Of a stretch of 64,000 nt of DNA, positions 9,617-19,168 are shown one piece after another. Under the pieces are notes generated by a model. That model was not told where the DNA came from, made no database searches, and saw only the letters and a program-made list of their open reading frames with translations. The translations under genes were made by a program, and so were the position numbers. Numbering within the stretch: the first letter of the stretch is position 1; every line of letters starts with the position of its first letter. Source of the DNA: Escherichia phage vB_EcoM_G2133; sequence record MK327928.1. One strand, given 5' to 3'.

Positions 9617-11430
9617 TGGTGTTTAACCCTATGCATGATTTCTTTATTTTTGCCGAGATTAAATCCGCGTTCGTTCGGATTTCCCAAATAACCACATGTT
9701 CTTCTTATGGTATTCATCTTTTTAGGATCAGTTTCTCCACAAATAGAACAAACAAATCCGTTTTCAGTAGGAGTCATTTCATGGGTACTTCCACATGTAA
9801 AACATTTATCTACCGGCATGTTAACACCAAAATAATCTAAATGTTGTGCAGCATAATCCCATACAGCCTCAAGACCTTTTAGATTATTTTTCATATCAGG
9901 AAGTTCAACATAAGAAATGTGACCACCTGTCGCAATGAAATGATATGGCGCTTCACGAGAAATCTTTTCAAACGGAGTAATATTTTCTTCTACTGAAACA
10001 TGGAAACTGTTAGTGTACCAGCCTTTATCAGTAACATCTTTTACACTTCCATATTTTTCTGTATCGAGTTTACAGAAGCGATAACAAAGGTTTTCAGCAG
10101 GAGTAGAATATAAACTAAAAGCAAATCCGGTTCTTTCAGTCCACTGTTTAAGATGGGCATTCATTTTAGTTAAAATTTCCTGTCCAATATCACGACCGAC
10201 AAGAATATTCAATTCGTGAATACCAATGTATCCTAGGGACACTGAACTTCTACCGTTTTTAAATAACTCAATTATGTCGTCATCAGGTTTAAGACGAACC
10301 CCGAATGCACCTTCTTGGTAAAGAATAGGAGCAACAGTAGCTTTAACTCCTTTTAAGGAACTAATTCTACACATCAAAGCTTCAAAACATAAATCCATTC
10401 GTTCATTGAATAATTCAACAAATTTCTGTTCATTGAACTGTGTTCCAATATAAGAATCTAACGCTATGCGAGGAAGATTCAATGTTACAACACCAAGATT
10501 ATTACGTCCATCAAGAATTTCATTACCAGTCGAATCTTTCCATACGCTCAAGAAACTACGGCAACCCATTGGAGAAACAGGAACAGATGAACCAGTGATA
10601 GCTTTATTGTTCTTAGCTGAAATAATATCAGGATACATTCTTTTGCTTGCGCACTCTAAAGCAAGCTGTTTAATATCATAGTTCGGATCGTCTTTATAAA
10701 GATTAACACCTTCTTCAACGAACATAACAAGCTTAGGAAAAATAGGAGTTATCCCATCACGACCGAGACCTTTAATACGATTTTTCAGAATTGCTTTCTG
10801 AATCATTCGTTCAGTCCAGTCAGTTCCCGTACCAAATGTAATTGTTACAAAAGGTGTTTGTCCGTTTGAACTAAAGAGAGTATTTACTTCATATTCATAA
10901 GCTTGGAATGCATCGTATACGTCTTTTTCTGTTTTAGATTGAGCATAATTCAGTGCATCGGCGATTTGCCATTTTTCTGCATCCTCAATATGTTTTGCAT
11001 AGGTACGTTTAACATAAGGAGAAAGTACTTTATCTACATTCGCAAAAGTCGTTCCGCCGTACTGGTGTGAAGCAACCTGTGCAGTAATTTGTGCCATAAT
11101 TGCAGTAGCAACACCGATTAATTTAGGAGTTTCAATCTGCGCATTACCAAGCTTAAATCCGTTCTCAAGCATTCCTTTTAAATCTACTAAACAACAATTA
11201 GTAAATGGAAGAGCAGGGGAATAATCAATATCATGGAAATGGATAATTCCGCTTTCATGCGCTTTCATAATAAAAGACGGGACCATATTTTTGGCAATGT
11301 GTTTAGACACAATACCAGCCATAAGGTCCCGTTGAGTTGGAAAAACACGAGAATCTTTATTAGCATTCTCGTTTAAAAGGTCTTTATTAGTTTTATGAAT
11401 CAATCCTTCAATTTCTTTTTCAATTGTCAT
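9613..11430 (-). CDS. nrdD: Anaerobic ribonucleoside-triphosphate reductase NrdD, uninterrupted
   Basis: 605 aa continuous ORF; C-terminal glycyl-radical and Zn-ribbon region (CFTCGSTHE...CSICGETD...RRTCGYLGNP). Confidence 0.92.
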   Translation of the reverse strand: MTIEKEIEGLIHKTNKDLLNENANKDSRVFPTQRDLMAGIVSKHIAKNMVPSFIMKAHESGIIHFHDIDYSPALPFTNCCLVDLKGMLENGFKLGNAQIETPKLIGVATAIMAQITAQVASHQYGGTTFANVDKVLSPYVKRTYAKHIEDAEKWQIADALNYAQSKTEKDVYDAFQAYEYEVNTLFSSNGQTPFVTITFGTGTDWTERMIQKAILKNRIKGLGRDGITPIFPKLVMFVEEGVNLYKDDPNYDIKQLALECASKRMYPDIISAKNNKAITGSSVPVSPMGCRSFLSVWKDSTGNEILDGRNNLGVVTLNLPRIALDSYIGTQFNEQKFVELFNERMDLCFEALMCRISSLKGVKATVAPILYQEGAFGVRLKPDDDIIELFKNGRSSVSLGYIGIHELNILVGRDIGQEILTKMNAHLKQWTERTGFAFSLYSTPAENLCYRFCKLDTEKYGSVKDVTDKGWYTNSFHVSVEENITPFEKISREAPYHFIATGGHISYVELPDMKNNLKGLEAVWDYAAQHLDYFGVNMPVDKCFTCGSTHEMTPTENGFVCSICGETDPKKMNTIRRTCGYLGNPNERGFNLGKNKEIMHRVKHQ

Positions 11431-11900
11431 TTTAAACTCTTTCTAAGCTGCTTCTTAAATGAAGCTATTAACTGTGTTTTGGTGTCAGATTCATTATATT
11501 CAAATCCTCTTTGAAGCATCTCAGCCATCATTTCCTCTTTTCCTAAACGAGAAAATTCCTTTGATTTATCTCCAACAAAGTTAGGGTGAATATTATTTTG
11601 GGTGTAATCGGATTTTAAATAAGTAAGTAAATTTTCTAACCATTCAAGATAATCAACACCTTGTCCCTTTAAGCCAGAACGATTAAATTTATGCTTCATT
11701 TGACCTTCTGCGGCATTGCAGAGATTACAAAGCAATCCACGTACCTTTCCTGCTTTTGGTCCATTTAATTCATGGTCATGGTCGAGGTGATTAGCTTGAA
11801 CATCAGGATTTAGTTCTCGTTGGCAAATTAAGCATTTACCGTTTTGTGCATCATAAAATTTCTGTTTTTCTTCTTTGTATAATTTGCCAGTCAATAACAT
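11427..11900 (-). CDS. 49: Endonuclease VII (Holliday-junction resolvase) gp49
   Basis: 157 aa; MLLTGKLYKEEKQKFYDAQNGKCLICQREL...HLDHDHELNG matches T4 endonuclease VII. Confidence 0.9.
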   Translation of the reverse strand: MLLTGKLYKEEKQKFYDAQNGKCLICQRELNPDVQANHLDHDHELNGPKAGKVRGLLCNLCNAAEGQMKHKFNRSGLKGQGVDYLEWLENLLTYLKSDYTQNNIHPNFVGDKSKEFSRLGKEEMMAEMLQRGFEYNESDTKTQLIASFKKQLRKSLK

Positions 11901-11941
11901 AATAAACCCTTACCTTAAATAGATAAGGGTATTTATTATTT

Positions 11942-12427
11942 TCAAGTATTGTAAAACATTTGATTCAATCGCTTATATTGCCGAATCTTTTGGTCAGAAA
12001 AAGAAATTTGGGTTTCAAGCCATTCAATATATTCTGCCGCAGCTTGCATCAAATTTCCTTCATAGCCATCGTTATTTTCTTGTGCAGCTAATTTAGCTAA
12101 TGCGTATGAAATACGTTCACCTTGAAAATCAGCTTTAGGCTTCTGAACAACTTGATTAGTTCTCTCTACAACTTCTTCAATTTCGCCATTTTCTACTGAT
12201 TCAGTATTCCACAAGCACCAATACGTAATTGGCTTATCGTAGATGTTAATAATCTTTCCATCAGAAAGTTCAATTTCAATAATTCCAGTATCAGGCTCTA
12301 TATCATCTTCACATTCTTTTGCAAGTTCACGAACTTTAAAGACAGTACCTGCACTAAGTTCCGGCCAGTAATTACACAGTCCTGTATCAGCACGATTAAT
12401 TCTAAACCACTTATCTACTGTAATCAT
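11942..12427 (-). CDS. pin: Probable Pin (inhibitor of host Lon protease)
   Basis: 161 aa from the ATG at 12427 (track start is TTG); assigned by position between 49 and nrdC and by size; sequence identity not verified. Confidence 0.5.
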   Translation of the reverse strand: MITVDKWFRINRADTGLCNYWPELSAGTVFKVRELAKECEDDIEPDTGIIEIELSDGKIINIYDKPITYWCLWNTESVENGEIEEVVERTNQVVQKPKADFQGERISYALAKLAAQENNDGYEGNLMQAAAEYIEWLETQISFSDQKIRQYKRLNQMFYNT

Positions 12428-12517
12428 GTCCCATCTCCATATCAATTAAGTCATTTATCGTTGGTTCATTATATATTGTTTCTTCATCAGTGTAAACCGG
12501 TTCTTCCTGCTCTGGCT

Positions 12518-12721
12518 CTACAGTTTCCCATCTAGCCGCCCACCAGGGTTTAACCCCCGAAGCTTATTAAGTTCTTCATAATCAATCCAGGATTCTAATC
12601 CTGATGGCAAATCAGATTCAATTTCCCAAAGAAGCTCTTCAATTTTCTGAAGACGATCTAGTTCTTCAGCTGGAATAGTAACCATTGATGGAGTTCTTGA
12701 TACACTAATATCGTAAATCAT
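12518..12721 (-). CDS. Hypothetical small protein
   Basis: ORF trimmed to the ATG at 12721. Confidence 0.35.
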   Translation of the reverse strand: MIYDISVSRTPSMVTIPAEELDRLQKIEELLWEIESDLPSGLESWIDYEELNKLRGLNPGGRLDGKL

Positions 12722-12723
12722 AT

Positions 12724-12939
12724 TTACCCCAGTTTGACCATGCAATCGCCGTATTTCCACTTAGAAATAGACTTTTCGCCATTAGAATAATAAACTTCGA
12801 GTTTAGCACGGTTATTTTTAATTTGAATAATCTTTGCTGTCATCAAAGTTCCATACCCATAATAAACTGCAACTTCATCACCTACATATACCGCGCTTCC
12901 GCGGTAATCATGGATATAGTCAGTTCCTTCGAGCATCAT
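12724..12939 (-). CDS. Hypothetical small protein
   Basis: 71 aa; ATG overlaps the nrdC stop (ATGA). Confidence 0.4.
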   Translation of the reverse strand: MMLEGTDYIHDYRGSAVYVGDEVAVYYGYGTLMTAKIIQIKNNRAKLEVYYSNGEKSISKWKYGDCMVKLG

Positions 12940-13199
12940 TTAAAGTATTCCCGCAATTGGTCAAATCCACCAATATGACTTCCATCAGGAGCAAATACCT
13001 GAGGCATTGTCAATCCAATTTGAGTATCACGACCTAGTTTAGTCAGAAGCTCAGCGATTTTCTCATCATCAAAAACACTTTTTTCCGGCATAATGTTGAT
13101 AAATTCAAACGTCTGTTTCTTCACGGTCAAAAGACGTTTTGCATTATCACAATACACACATTTGTGGATGTTGCTATCATAACCATATACTTTAAACAT
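12936..13199 (-). CDS. nrdC: Thioredoxin/glutaredoxin NrdC
   Basis: 87 aa; MFKVYGYDSNIHKCVYCDNAKRLL with a CVYC active site; matches T4 NrdC. Confidence 0.88.
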   Translation of the reverse strand: MFKVYGYDSNIHKCVYCDNAKRLLTVKKQTFEFINIMPEKSVFDDEKIAELLTKLGRDTQIGLTMPQVFAPDGSHIGGFDQLREYFK

Positions 13200-13200
13200 A

Positions 13201-13443
13201 TTATTCCTTAATTCCTAGTACTTGTTTAAAAGTCTCGTCGTAATCAAGACTTTGGCCCGTTTGTTCTTTATGTTTGTATATAATATCACTTACTTCTGAT
13301 AGCATATTTTTATATGAACGAGTTAAAGCTGATTTAAGCACGCTGTATCTATCAGGAAATTTACCATGTTCATTATAATAAGCTATTGCTAATTCACGGA
13401 CTGCCTTTTCAGCAGTCTCCATATATTCTTTACGCTTTGTCAT
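13201..13443 (-). CDS. Hypothetical small protein
   Basis: ORF trimmed to the ATG at 13443. Confidence 0.35.
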
Positions 13444-13744
13444 TTTCTTCTCGGTCAAATCGGTGTTTACAATGGCGACATTTATAACGAAGATTACTAG
13501 TCTGCCAATGGACCAATTGCACCTGTTCAGTTCCACATTCAGGGCAATTAGGAACGTTTTTAGAAGCACGTTCGCGGCGTTCAACCATGACCATTACAGA
13601 ATCCCAATTAATAGGGCTGCTATAATCATCACAACCATGAATCTTTCCACGCATTTCCAAATCGTCTTCTTCACCGGCCATAATAATTTTAATTAAACTG
13701 GAATTACTTGAAGCTGCAATGTCTTCTAATAGACGCTTTTTCAT
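13430..13744 (-). CDS. Hypothetical zinc-ribbon protein
   Basis: 104 aa with CPECG...CRHCKH paired-cysteine motifs. Confidence 0.45.
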
Positions 13745-14673
13745 TTCAATATCTCAATAGCATTACGTAAACCATTTGCTTTTGCATTAAGAGCTTTTAA
13801 CAATTTGGTGTGTTCTGCAATTTGGGCTTCAACTTCAATCAAACGAGCATTGAGATATTCGCGTTCTTCACTCAGATTATCAGCCTTTTCTGCTTTAGGT
13901 TCTTTTACAACTTGCTTATATGTATTAGGGTTCTTCAGTTTAATTAGAATGCGTGAACTGTACAGCATTGAACCATTATCTTCGGTTTCGTCATACATTT
14001 CCACTACGTCCATCATCTCCACCATCGTGCAGAGTTTATAAGACAACGAACGAATAATTTTGTTGTGCTTATTAATTTCTCTAGCTGTCATGGTGCCGAG
14101 ATTACGTGAGTAATAATAAGGAACCTGGATATTAATTAATACTGATGAACCACCTGGCTTGTGTGTTACTTCATCAGCAATAACCCAATCCTTAACATGA
14201 ACTGTATTTGTACGGTCATCTCCCGCGGTAAATAGTTTACGAGCATGCTTAAAAAGCATATTCACTTGGTCATTGAATTGACAAGCGAATTTATCAGCAA
14301 ATTTAGTTTCGGGAATGGTAGATAACCAATCAGCCAAATGGGTCTTTTTAACATCGTTAACAATAGTAAATTCAACCAAATCGGTTATAGATGTCTCAGA
14401 TTTAATGAAGCTCGGCTTCATAAAGTTTTTAATGTTATCACTAGCTACAGTAGAAGATAACAGACGAGAACGTTTAAACCATTGAAGCAAATTGCCTAAC
14501 GAATGAGAATAAGCGTTTTGAGTATCTTTACAGATATGATTTTCCTGGCCAACATATTGAAGGAAATCACGAAGAATATTATTATTGATTACTGCCCTGT
14601 GTCCTATCTGATAATTACGATGTTTAGTAATAAGACTGTCAAAATAATCAATATAATGTTTACGAGTTTTCAT
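13741..14673 (-). CDS. Hypothetical protein with C-terminal coiled coil (nrdC.x-type block)
   Basis: 310 aa; C-terminus [42 protein letters not shown] has heptad character. Confidence 0.55.
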   Translation of the reverse strand: MKTRKHYIDYFDSLITKHRNYQIGHRAVINNNILRDFLQYVGQENHICKDTQNAYSHSLGNLLQWFKRSRLLSSTVASDNIKNFMKPSFIKSETSITDLVEFTIVNDVKKTHLADWLSTIPETKFADKFACQFNDQVNMLFKHARKLFTAGDDRTNTVHVKDWVIADEVTHKPGGSSVLINIQVPYYYSRNLGTMTAREINKHNKIIRSLSYKLCTMVEMMDVVEMYDETEDNGSMLYSSRILIKLKNPNTYKQVVKEPKAEKADNLSEEREYLNARLIEVEAQIAEHTKLLKALNAKANGLRNAIEILK

Positions 14674-14725
14674 GTTCTTCTCACTTTGTTAATGATTTGT
14701 ACTCCGAGCCATCCTTGGCTTTAAA

Positions 14726-15727
14726 TTACTTAATTAACTGTAAAGCTTGTTCAAGACGATCAAGACGATTAACAGATTCTTCCCAAATCCTTTTAGCCTG
14801 CTCATATTCTTTCTGCGCTTTATTAGAAATTTCTAGAACTTCTTTATAAGCTTTTTCTAGTGCAATAACTTCTGGACGAATTTCTACCGATTCAGGTGAA
14901 TCATCAAGATTATCCATTAGTTCCTCAAGGGTAGTTTCTTCTTTAGGAGTATTCACAATTTCATCACATTTTTGCTGGTAAATTTCTTTATCAGTCGGTG
15001 AGTACGCACACTTTACTTCACGAAGACTAATTACAATTTTATATCCTTCCCAACCACCCATATTTTTGAAAGGATATGTATGAATACTTTTTACAGTTTC
15101 CATACAATCCAAAGCCGTCTCTAATTGATGAGTTATAGTGCTAGCAATTGAGAAAAATTTATTAATATTCTTTTGGTTAGCTTCTGGTGTAAAAAATTCG
15201 TAATTCACAAAAATAGCTACTTTATTTTTATCAAGCTCATATTCTTTTACGATAATCATATCAGAAGCCAAAGGATGAATTTGACGATAATCGCCATAAC
15301 ATAATTTAGAAGCTGATTTTAGAATTTGTCCTTTAAAAAGTCTGAAATTACTAATCCAACGACGAGTAAAAATATTCTTAGGGTCTTCTTTGATATTAAG
15401 ATGATAAGAATTAACATCACCGAACCAATTGTATCCTATTACACCTTTAGTTCGTTTAATTTCTTTCCCAAAATTACCAAGAATATCCCGATTAACTAAA
15501 TATGAAAGAAGACGAGACCCTTTAAAGATTATCTTAATATCATCTTTATCTACACGGCTAGAAATTTCACGAACTTCATGAATAAATTTACTGGAAGAAA
15601 CAATACTTGCATCAATACTACTGAGCCATTGATTGATAATAGAAAGAACAGCGTTCTGACTAGACATGGGTTTAACTTTATCATCAATAACGCTATTGAA
15701 TGATTTGATATATTCGTTACGAGTCAT
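14726..15727 (-). CDS. Hypothetical protein with C-terminal coiled coil
   Basis: Start set at the ATG at 15727 (GAGGAG Shine-Dalgarno); C-terminus KAQKEYEQAKRIWEESVNRLDRLEQALQLIK. Confidence 0.55.
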   Translation of the reverse strand: MTRNEYIKSFNSVIDDKVKPMSSQNAVLSIINQWLSSIDASIVSSSKFIHEVREISSRVDKDDIKIIFKGSRLLSYLVNRDILGNFGKEIKRTKGVIGYNWFGDVNSYHLNIKEDPKNIFTRRWISNFRLFKGQILKSASKLCYGDYRQIHPLASDMIIVKEYELDKNKVAIFVNYEFFTPEANQKNINKFFSIASTITHQLETALDCMETVKSIHTYPFKNMGGWEGYKIVISLREVKCAYSPTDKEIYQQKCDEIVNTPKEETTLEELMDNLDDSPESVEIRPEVIALEKAYKEVLEISNKAQKEYEQAKRIWEESVNRLDRLEQALQLIK

Positions 15728-15755
15728 ATTAATCTCCTCAGTAGAAAGTAAGAAC

Positions 15756-15785
15756 ATTATACCACATCCTTGTGGCAAAGTAAAC
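15756..15785 (-). promoter_or_regulatory. T4-type early promoter
   Basis: Minus strand reads GTTTAC, 18 nt, TATAAT; overlaps the stop of the upstream gene. Confidence 0.5.
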
Positions 15786-16807
15786 TAGTTCAGTGCATTT
15801 AGTGCATTGTTCAGTTTAGAACGTTGCTTTGTCAGATTTTGAACCCTTGACTGAGCTTGTTCTAACGCCTTTTCAGCTTCTAGCACTTCATTGGTCGCTT
15901 TAACGAGTTCATCATCTACTGCCTTAAGAGACTTCTCAATCGCGTCAGCGTGCCATTTTTCTACAGGTTTAAAATTTGAATTTTCAGTAGGAAGAAAACT
16001 CACTTTATTAAGTTTACATGCATCTTTATTACCTGAACTATACATCCAAAATTTAGGATCGTTTGATAAGTAATTAGATAAATTTAAGTTATCTTGCACT
16101 TCCTGCTTTTTCTCTTGTGTAACTTCGTCCTTTCTCAAAAAATCATATTTAAATGAAACGATCATATCAAGTTCATATGTTGTCGTATCTAATTTAAATC
16201 GTTCGAAATGCTGCGAAATCTTAGACTGAACAGCAGAAACAACATCCATATACTTAAATGCTTCTGTCAACTGTGATTTAAGGCATTCACAAATTGAAAG
16301 AGAATTTTTTGTATTAGGTTTAAAGCTAATTCGTGCAGTTCTATTATTTTCTTTTAATGGTCTTACTTCCATCTGAAGAGTATAACCATCAAATTTCAGG
16401 TTCTTTAAGTTAATATCAGAACCTTTTAATCGACTCGCAGTTGATAAAATTTGCTTTAATTGTCTACGGAACAGAGCAATAAATCTCCATTCAATACGAT
16501 AATGATTTGGATTGAAAAATCCAGATGATAAATCGACCTTACTTTGACCAACGCCTTGAACAAATAGAGGATTTTTATAATCAATAGTTTTACAGAAATC
16601 GGTGAGCTGCTCACGAGCAGTCATTTGTGTAATATACCCTGCTTCATTAAAATTACGCACCCATTCACTGCTGTTCAGATGTTTAAAGGCGTGAATGGAA
16701 CAATTAACTTTATTAAGGTCTAAATTATTTTCACACAAAAATGTCATAGCATCACGAGTATAGCTTGCATTACGAACCATATCTTCAATTTGAGAACGAG
16801 TTTTCAT
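15785..16807 (-). CDS. Hypothetical protein with C-terminal coiled coil
   Basis: 340 aa; C-terminus LEAEKALEQAQSRVQNLTKQRSKLNNALNALN. Confidence 0.55.
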   Translation of the reverse strand: MKTRSQIEDMVRNASYTRDAMTFLCENNLDLNKVNCSIHAFKHLNSSEWVRNFNEAGYITQMTAREQLTDFCKTIDYKNPLFVQGVGQSKVDLSSGFFNPNHYRIEWRFIALFRRQLKQILSTASRLKGSDINLKNLKFDGYTLQMEVRPLKENNRTARISFKPNTKNSLSICECLKSQLTEAFKYMDVVSAVQSKISQHFERFKLDTTTYELDMIVSFKYDFLRKDEVTQEKKQEVQDNLNLSNYLSNDPKFWMYSSGNKDACKLNKVSFLPTENSNFKPVEKWHADAIEKSLKAVDDELVKATNEVLEAEKALEQAQSRVQNLTKQRSKLNNALNALN

Positions 16808-16815
16808 AGTGTTCC

Positions 16816-17706
16816 TTAAGATTTAAGTAAATCAACAATTTTAATTAATTTTTCACGTTCAGATTTAGCTTTACTACTCAATCCAGATAGTCTAAAGATT
16901 TCATCGTCATATTGTTGAATAGAAATATTCAGCTCTTCAATCTGTTTATTAAAATAATCAATTTGTTCAGAATGTTTTTCATTACTACGAACTGATACAG
17001 GTTTTGTAGGCAATTTAGTTGAACTAGATTCATCCGGGCGATAAATTAAAATACAACTTGAACCAATTGGACATTTTGCACCAGATGAATATTCTAATGT
17101 TCCGGCTTCTTTTAAAACTTCAAAAGCTAAACAGAGATGATGCCCCATATTAACATAATCAGTAGAGCGAGCTCTGATGTAATAATCATCTCCGCGAATA
17201 CTAAATTTAAAGCATTTAAGGTCTTCTGTATTATTGGTCTTAAAAATCATTTGTTTATTTAGACCTTTAGCTAATCGAGCGCCTAATGCTAATAATCGTC
17301 GTTGATTTTCCCACAAATCTGCGATCATTTGGTCAAATGATAATTTCGGCATTAGTCGACCATAAAGGTCGTATCCTTTATTATAATTGCGAAGGATTTC
17401 ACTCGCGTTAATACGGGACAATGCTCCAATTTTATTAAGGGCTTTCATAATGCGATTAGATAAACTCATTCCAGACCCGTTTGTTCGCTGTAAATGTTTT
17501 TCTAATCCAAATCCAATATCAACTTTAAATTTATCTAAAATTTCAGCATGAACATCTCTGTCAATAACATTCAAATCCAGAGTTGGGTTAAATCTATGAA
17601 AAAATTTATCTGGCTCTCCACGACGAAGTACAGTCCATTCATTCATCATTTTTTTATTAACTAAAGATTTAATTACTGCATTGACATTATTAATTACGAC
17701 TGACAT
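16816..17706 (-). CDS. Hypothetical protein with C-terminal coiled coil
   Basis: Start at the ATG at 17706 (GAGGAAAA Shine-Dalgarno); C-terminus QIEELNISIQQYDDEIFRLSGLSSKAKSEREKLIKIVDLLKS. Confidence 0.55.
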   Translation of the reverse strand: MSVVINNVNAVIKSLVNKKMMNEWTVLRRGEPDKFFHRFNPTLDLNVIDRDVHAEILDKFKVDIGFGLEKHLQRTNGSGMSLSNRIMKALNKIGALSRINASEILRNYNKGYDLYGRLMPKLSFDQMIADLWENQRRLLALGARLAKGLNKQMIFKTNNTEDLKCFKFSIRGDDYYIRARSTDYVNMGHHLCLAFEVLKEAGTLEYSSGAKCPIGSSCILIYRPDESSSTKLPTKPVSVRSNEKHSEQIDYFNKQIEELNISIQQYDDEIFRLSGLSSKAKSEREKLIKIVDLLKS

Positions 17707-17713
17707 ATTTTCC

Positions 17714-18121
17714 TCACTCAATTTCAATTTTACTAAATATACAGAATAAGATGGAACAGACTATATAAGCACCACACACAGATTGAACTAATACCATTCC
17801 AAAGAACCAAACAATATTATCAAACAATGTCTGTTTTACGTCGAAAGGACGTAAACTTACAGTAATATTATCGCCTTTTTCTATTGATGAATACATCTCT
17901 GGTGAAATATATTCGCTAAATCTATAACCGTCTTTGAGTTCATATACAGCAATAAACGATAAACTAGACCCCTTTCCTTGAGTTCCTGTAAGGGTATTAA
18001 CTACAGTAACATCATAATCTTTATAATGCATATAATCATTAATTGCGTAATAACCATATGCAATTGCTATACATAAACAACATATCAATAAATTCAATCT
18101 TTTAATTATCAACTGTTTCAT
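17714..18121 (-). CDS. Membrane protein (N- and C-terminal transmembrane helices)
   Basis: 135 aa; hydrophobic N-terminal segment LLICCLCIAIAYGYYAI and C-terminal segment FFGMVLVQSVCGAYIVCSILFCIF. Confidence 0.5.
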   Translation of the reverse strand: MKQLIIKRLNLLICCLCIAIAYGYYAINDYMHYKDYDVTVVNTLTGTQGKGSSLSFIAVYELKDGYRFSEYISPEMYSSIEKGDNITVSLRPFDVKQTLFDNIVWFFGMVLVQSVCGAYIVCSILFCIFSKIEIE

Positions 18122-18176
18122 AATAATCTCAATTAAAAGGGCTTAGAACCATTATACCATCCTTGGTATAAAGCGG

Positions 18177-18704
18177 TTATGCGAGTACCGTCTTTAACCG
18201 TTCTTCAAACTTCCGAAGAGTATTCTGGCGTTCAGCTCTTTGCTTTTTGTAAGTTTCAATACGCTCTGAAATGAGAGTGTATCGTTCATTTACTGATTCT
18301 TTCATAAAATCAGGAATTTCACGAGAAGCTTTAATCTCGTCAAATTTATCAATAACAGCTTGCTCTTCAGCAATTAAGTTATCATACATCAAAATATCTT
18401 TCTTGATGAACTCAATATCTTCTTGAGTTACACGAGATAATTTAGATGCTTTATCCTTTTTGTACTGTTCGTTAGTATCACGAGACCAGTGTAATGTACG
18501 ATTTTTATTCGTATTCTTGTAAATTTCTACAATACCAATCTCATCGATAATAACGATCCAATTCCAACGGGATTTGTAAATTTGTCCTCCATCAACAGTG
18601 ATTTCACCTCCAATTGAGATGTCATTAAAGAACTTGCTTTGTGCTTCAGATTTAAATTTACCATCGTTGTAATTTACCAGGTTGAAAATATCTTTAGCGT
18701 TCAT
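18177..18704 (-). CDS. Hypothetical protein
   Basis: 175 aa from the ATG at 18704 (GGAGGAA Shine-Dalgarno), directly downstream of an early promoter. Confidence 0.5.
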   Translation of the reverse strand: MNAKDIFNLVNYNDGKFKSEAQSKFFNDISIGGEITVDGGQIYKSRWNWIVIIDEIGIVEIYKNTNKNRTLHWSRDTNEQYKKDKASKLSRVTQEDIEFIKKDILMYDNLIAEEQAVIDKFDEIKASREIPDFMKESVNERYTLISERIETYKKQRAERQNTLRKFEERLKTVLA

Positions 18705-18732
18705 TTTGTGTTCCTCCGTAGTTGATAGTTGT

Positions 18733-18762
18733 ATAGTACCACAGAGGAACAGTCTTGTAAAC
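18733..18762 (-). promoter_or_regulatory. T4-type early promoter
   Basis: GTTTAC, 18 nt, TACTAT on the minus strand, followed by the conserved CAACTATCAACTAC box. Confidence 0.55.
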
Positions 18763-18764
18763 AA

Positions 18765-19067
18765 CTAAAAGAAACTTCTTTCACAATTTTTTCCACTGAA
18801 CCAAGCGCTCACTGCTTTCTTAGTCTCAGGAGCAGTGTTATCCATAAACCATTCAAAGGCAGCCTTTTTATGATTCTGGAGGGCTTCTCGGGCTTTAATC
18901 TGCTCACGGTCTATTAACACTAACATATGAGCCTTTCTTGTCACCAGGGGCTTCTTATGATTTTTTGAATACTCCCAATCATTTGTCCATCGCATCGTTG
19001 TTGCGAACTGAAATACTGCTTCTTTAATTTTAGTTTCGTAAATTTCACGAGCCTTTGAGTATAACAT
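18765..19067 (-). CDS. Hypothetical protein
   Basis: ORF with the likely start at the ATG at 19067 (GGAGG Shine-Dalgarno). Confidence 0.4.
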   Translation of the reverse strand: MLYSKAREIYETKIKEAVFQFATTMRWTNDWEYSKNHKKPLVTRKAHMLVLIDREQIKAREALQNHKKAAFEWFMDNTAPETKKAVSAWFSGKNCERSFF

Positions 19068-19168
19068 CACTACCTCCATTTACCAGTTTAATTCTAATCA
19101 TCTTTTTGATGGCAGTCCATATAATCTATTTCTGAACTGCCTTTTTGTCATAGAAGGCCTCTTATGAA

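Noticed and set aside
13767-13772. GTAAAC hexamer that could mark another early promoter
   Set aside because: No TATAAT-like element at the 17-18-nt spacing (the minus strand reads TGAAAT), and it lies inside a coding region.
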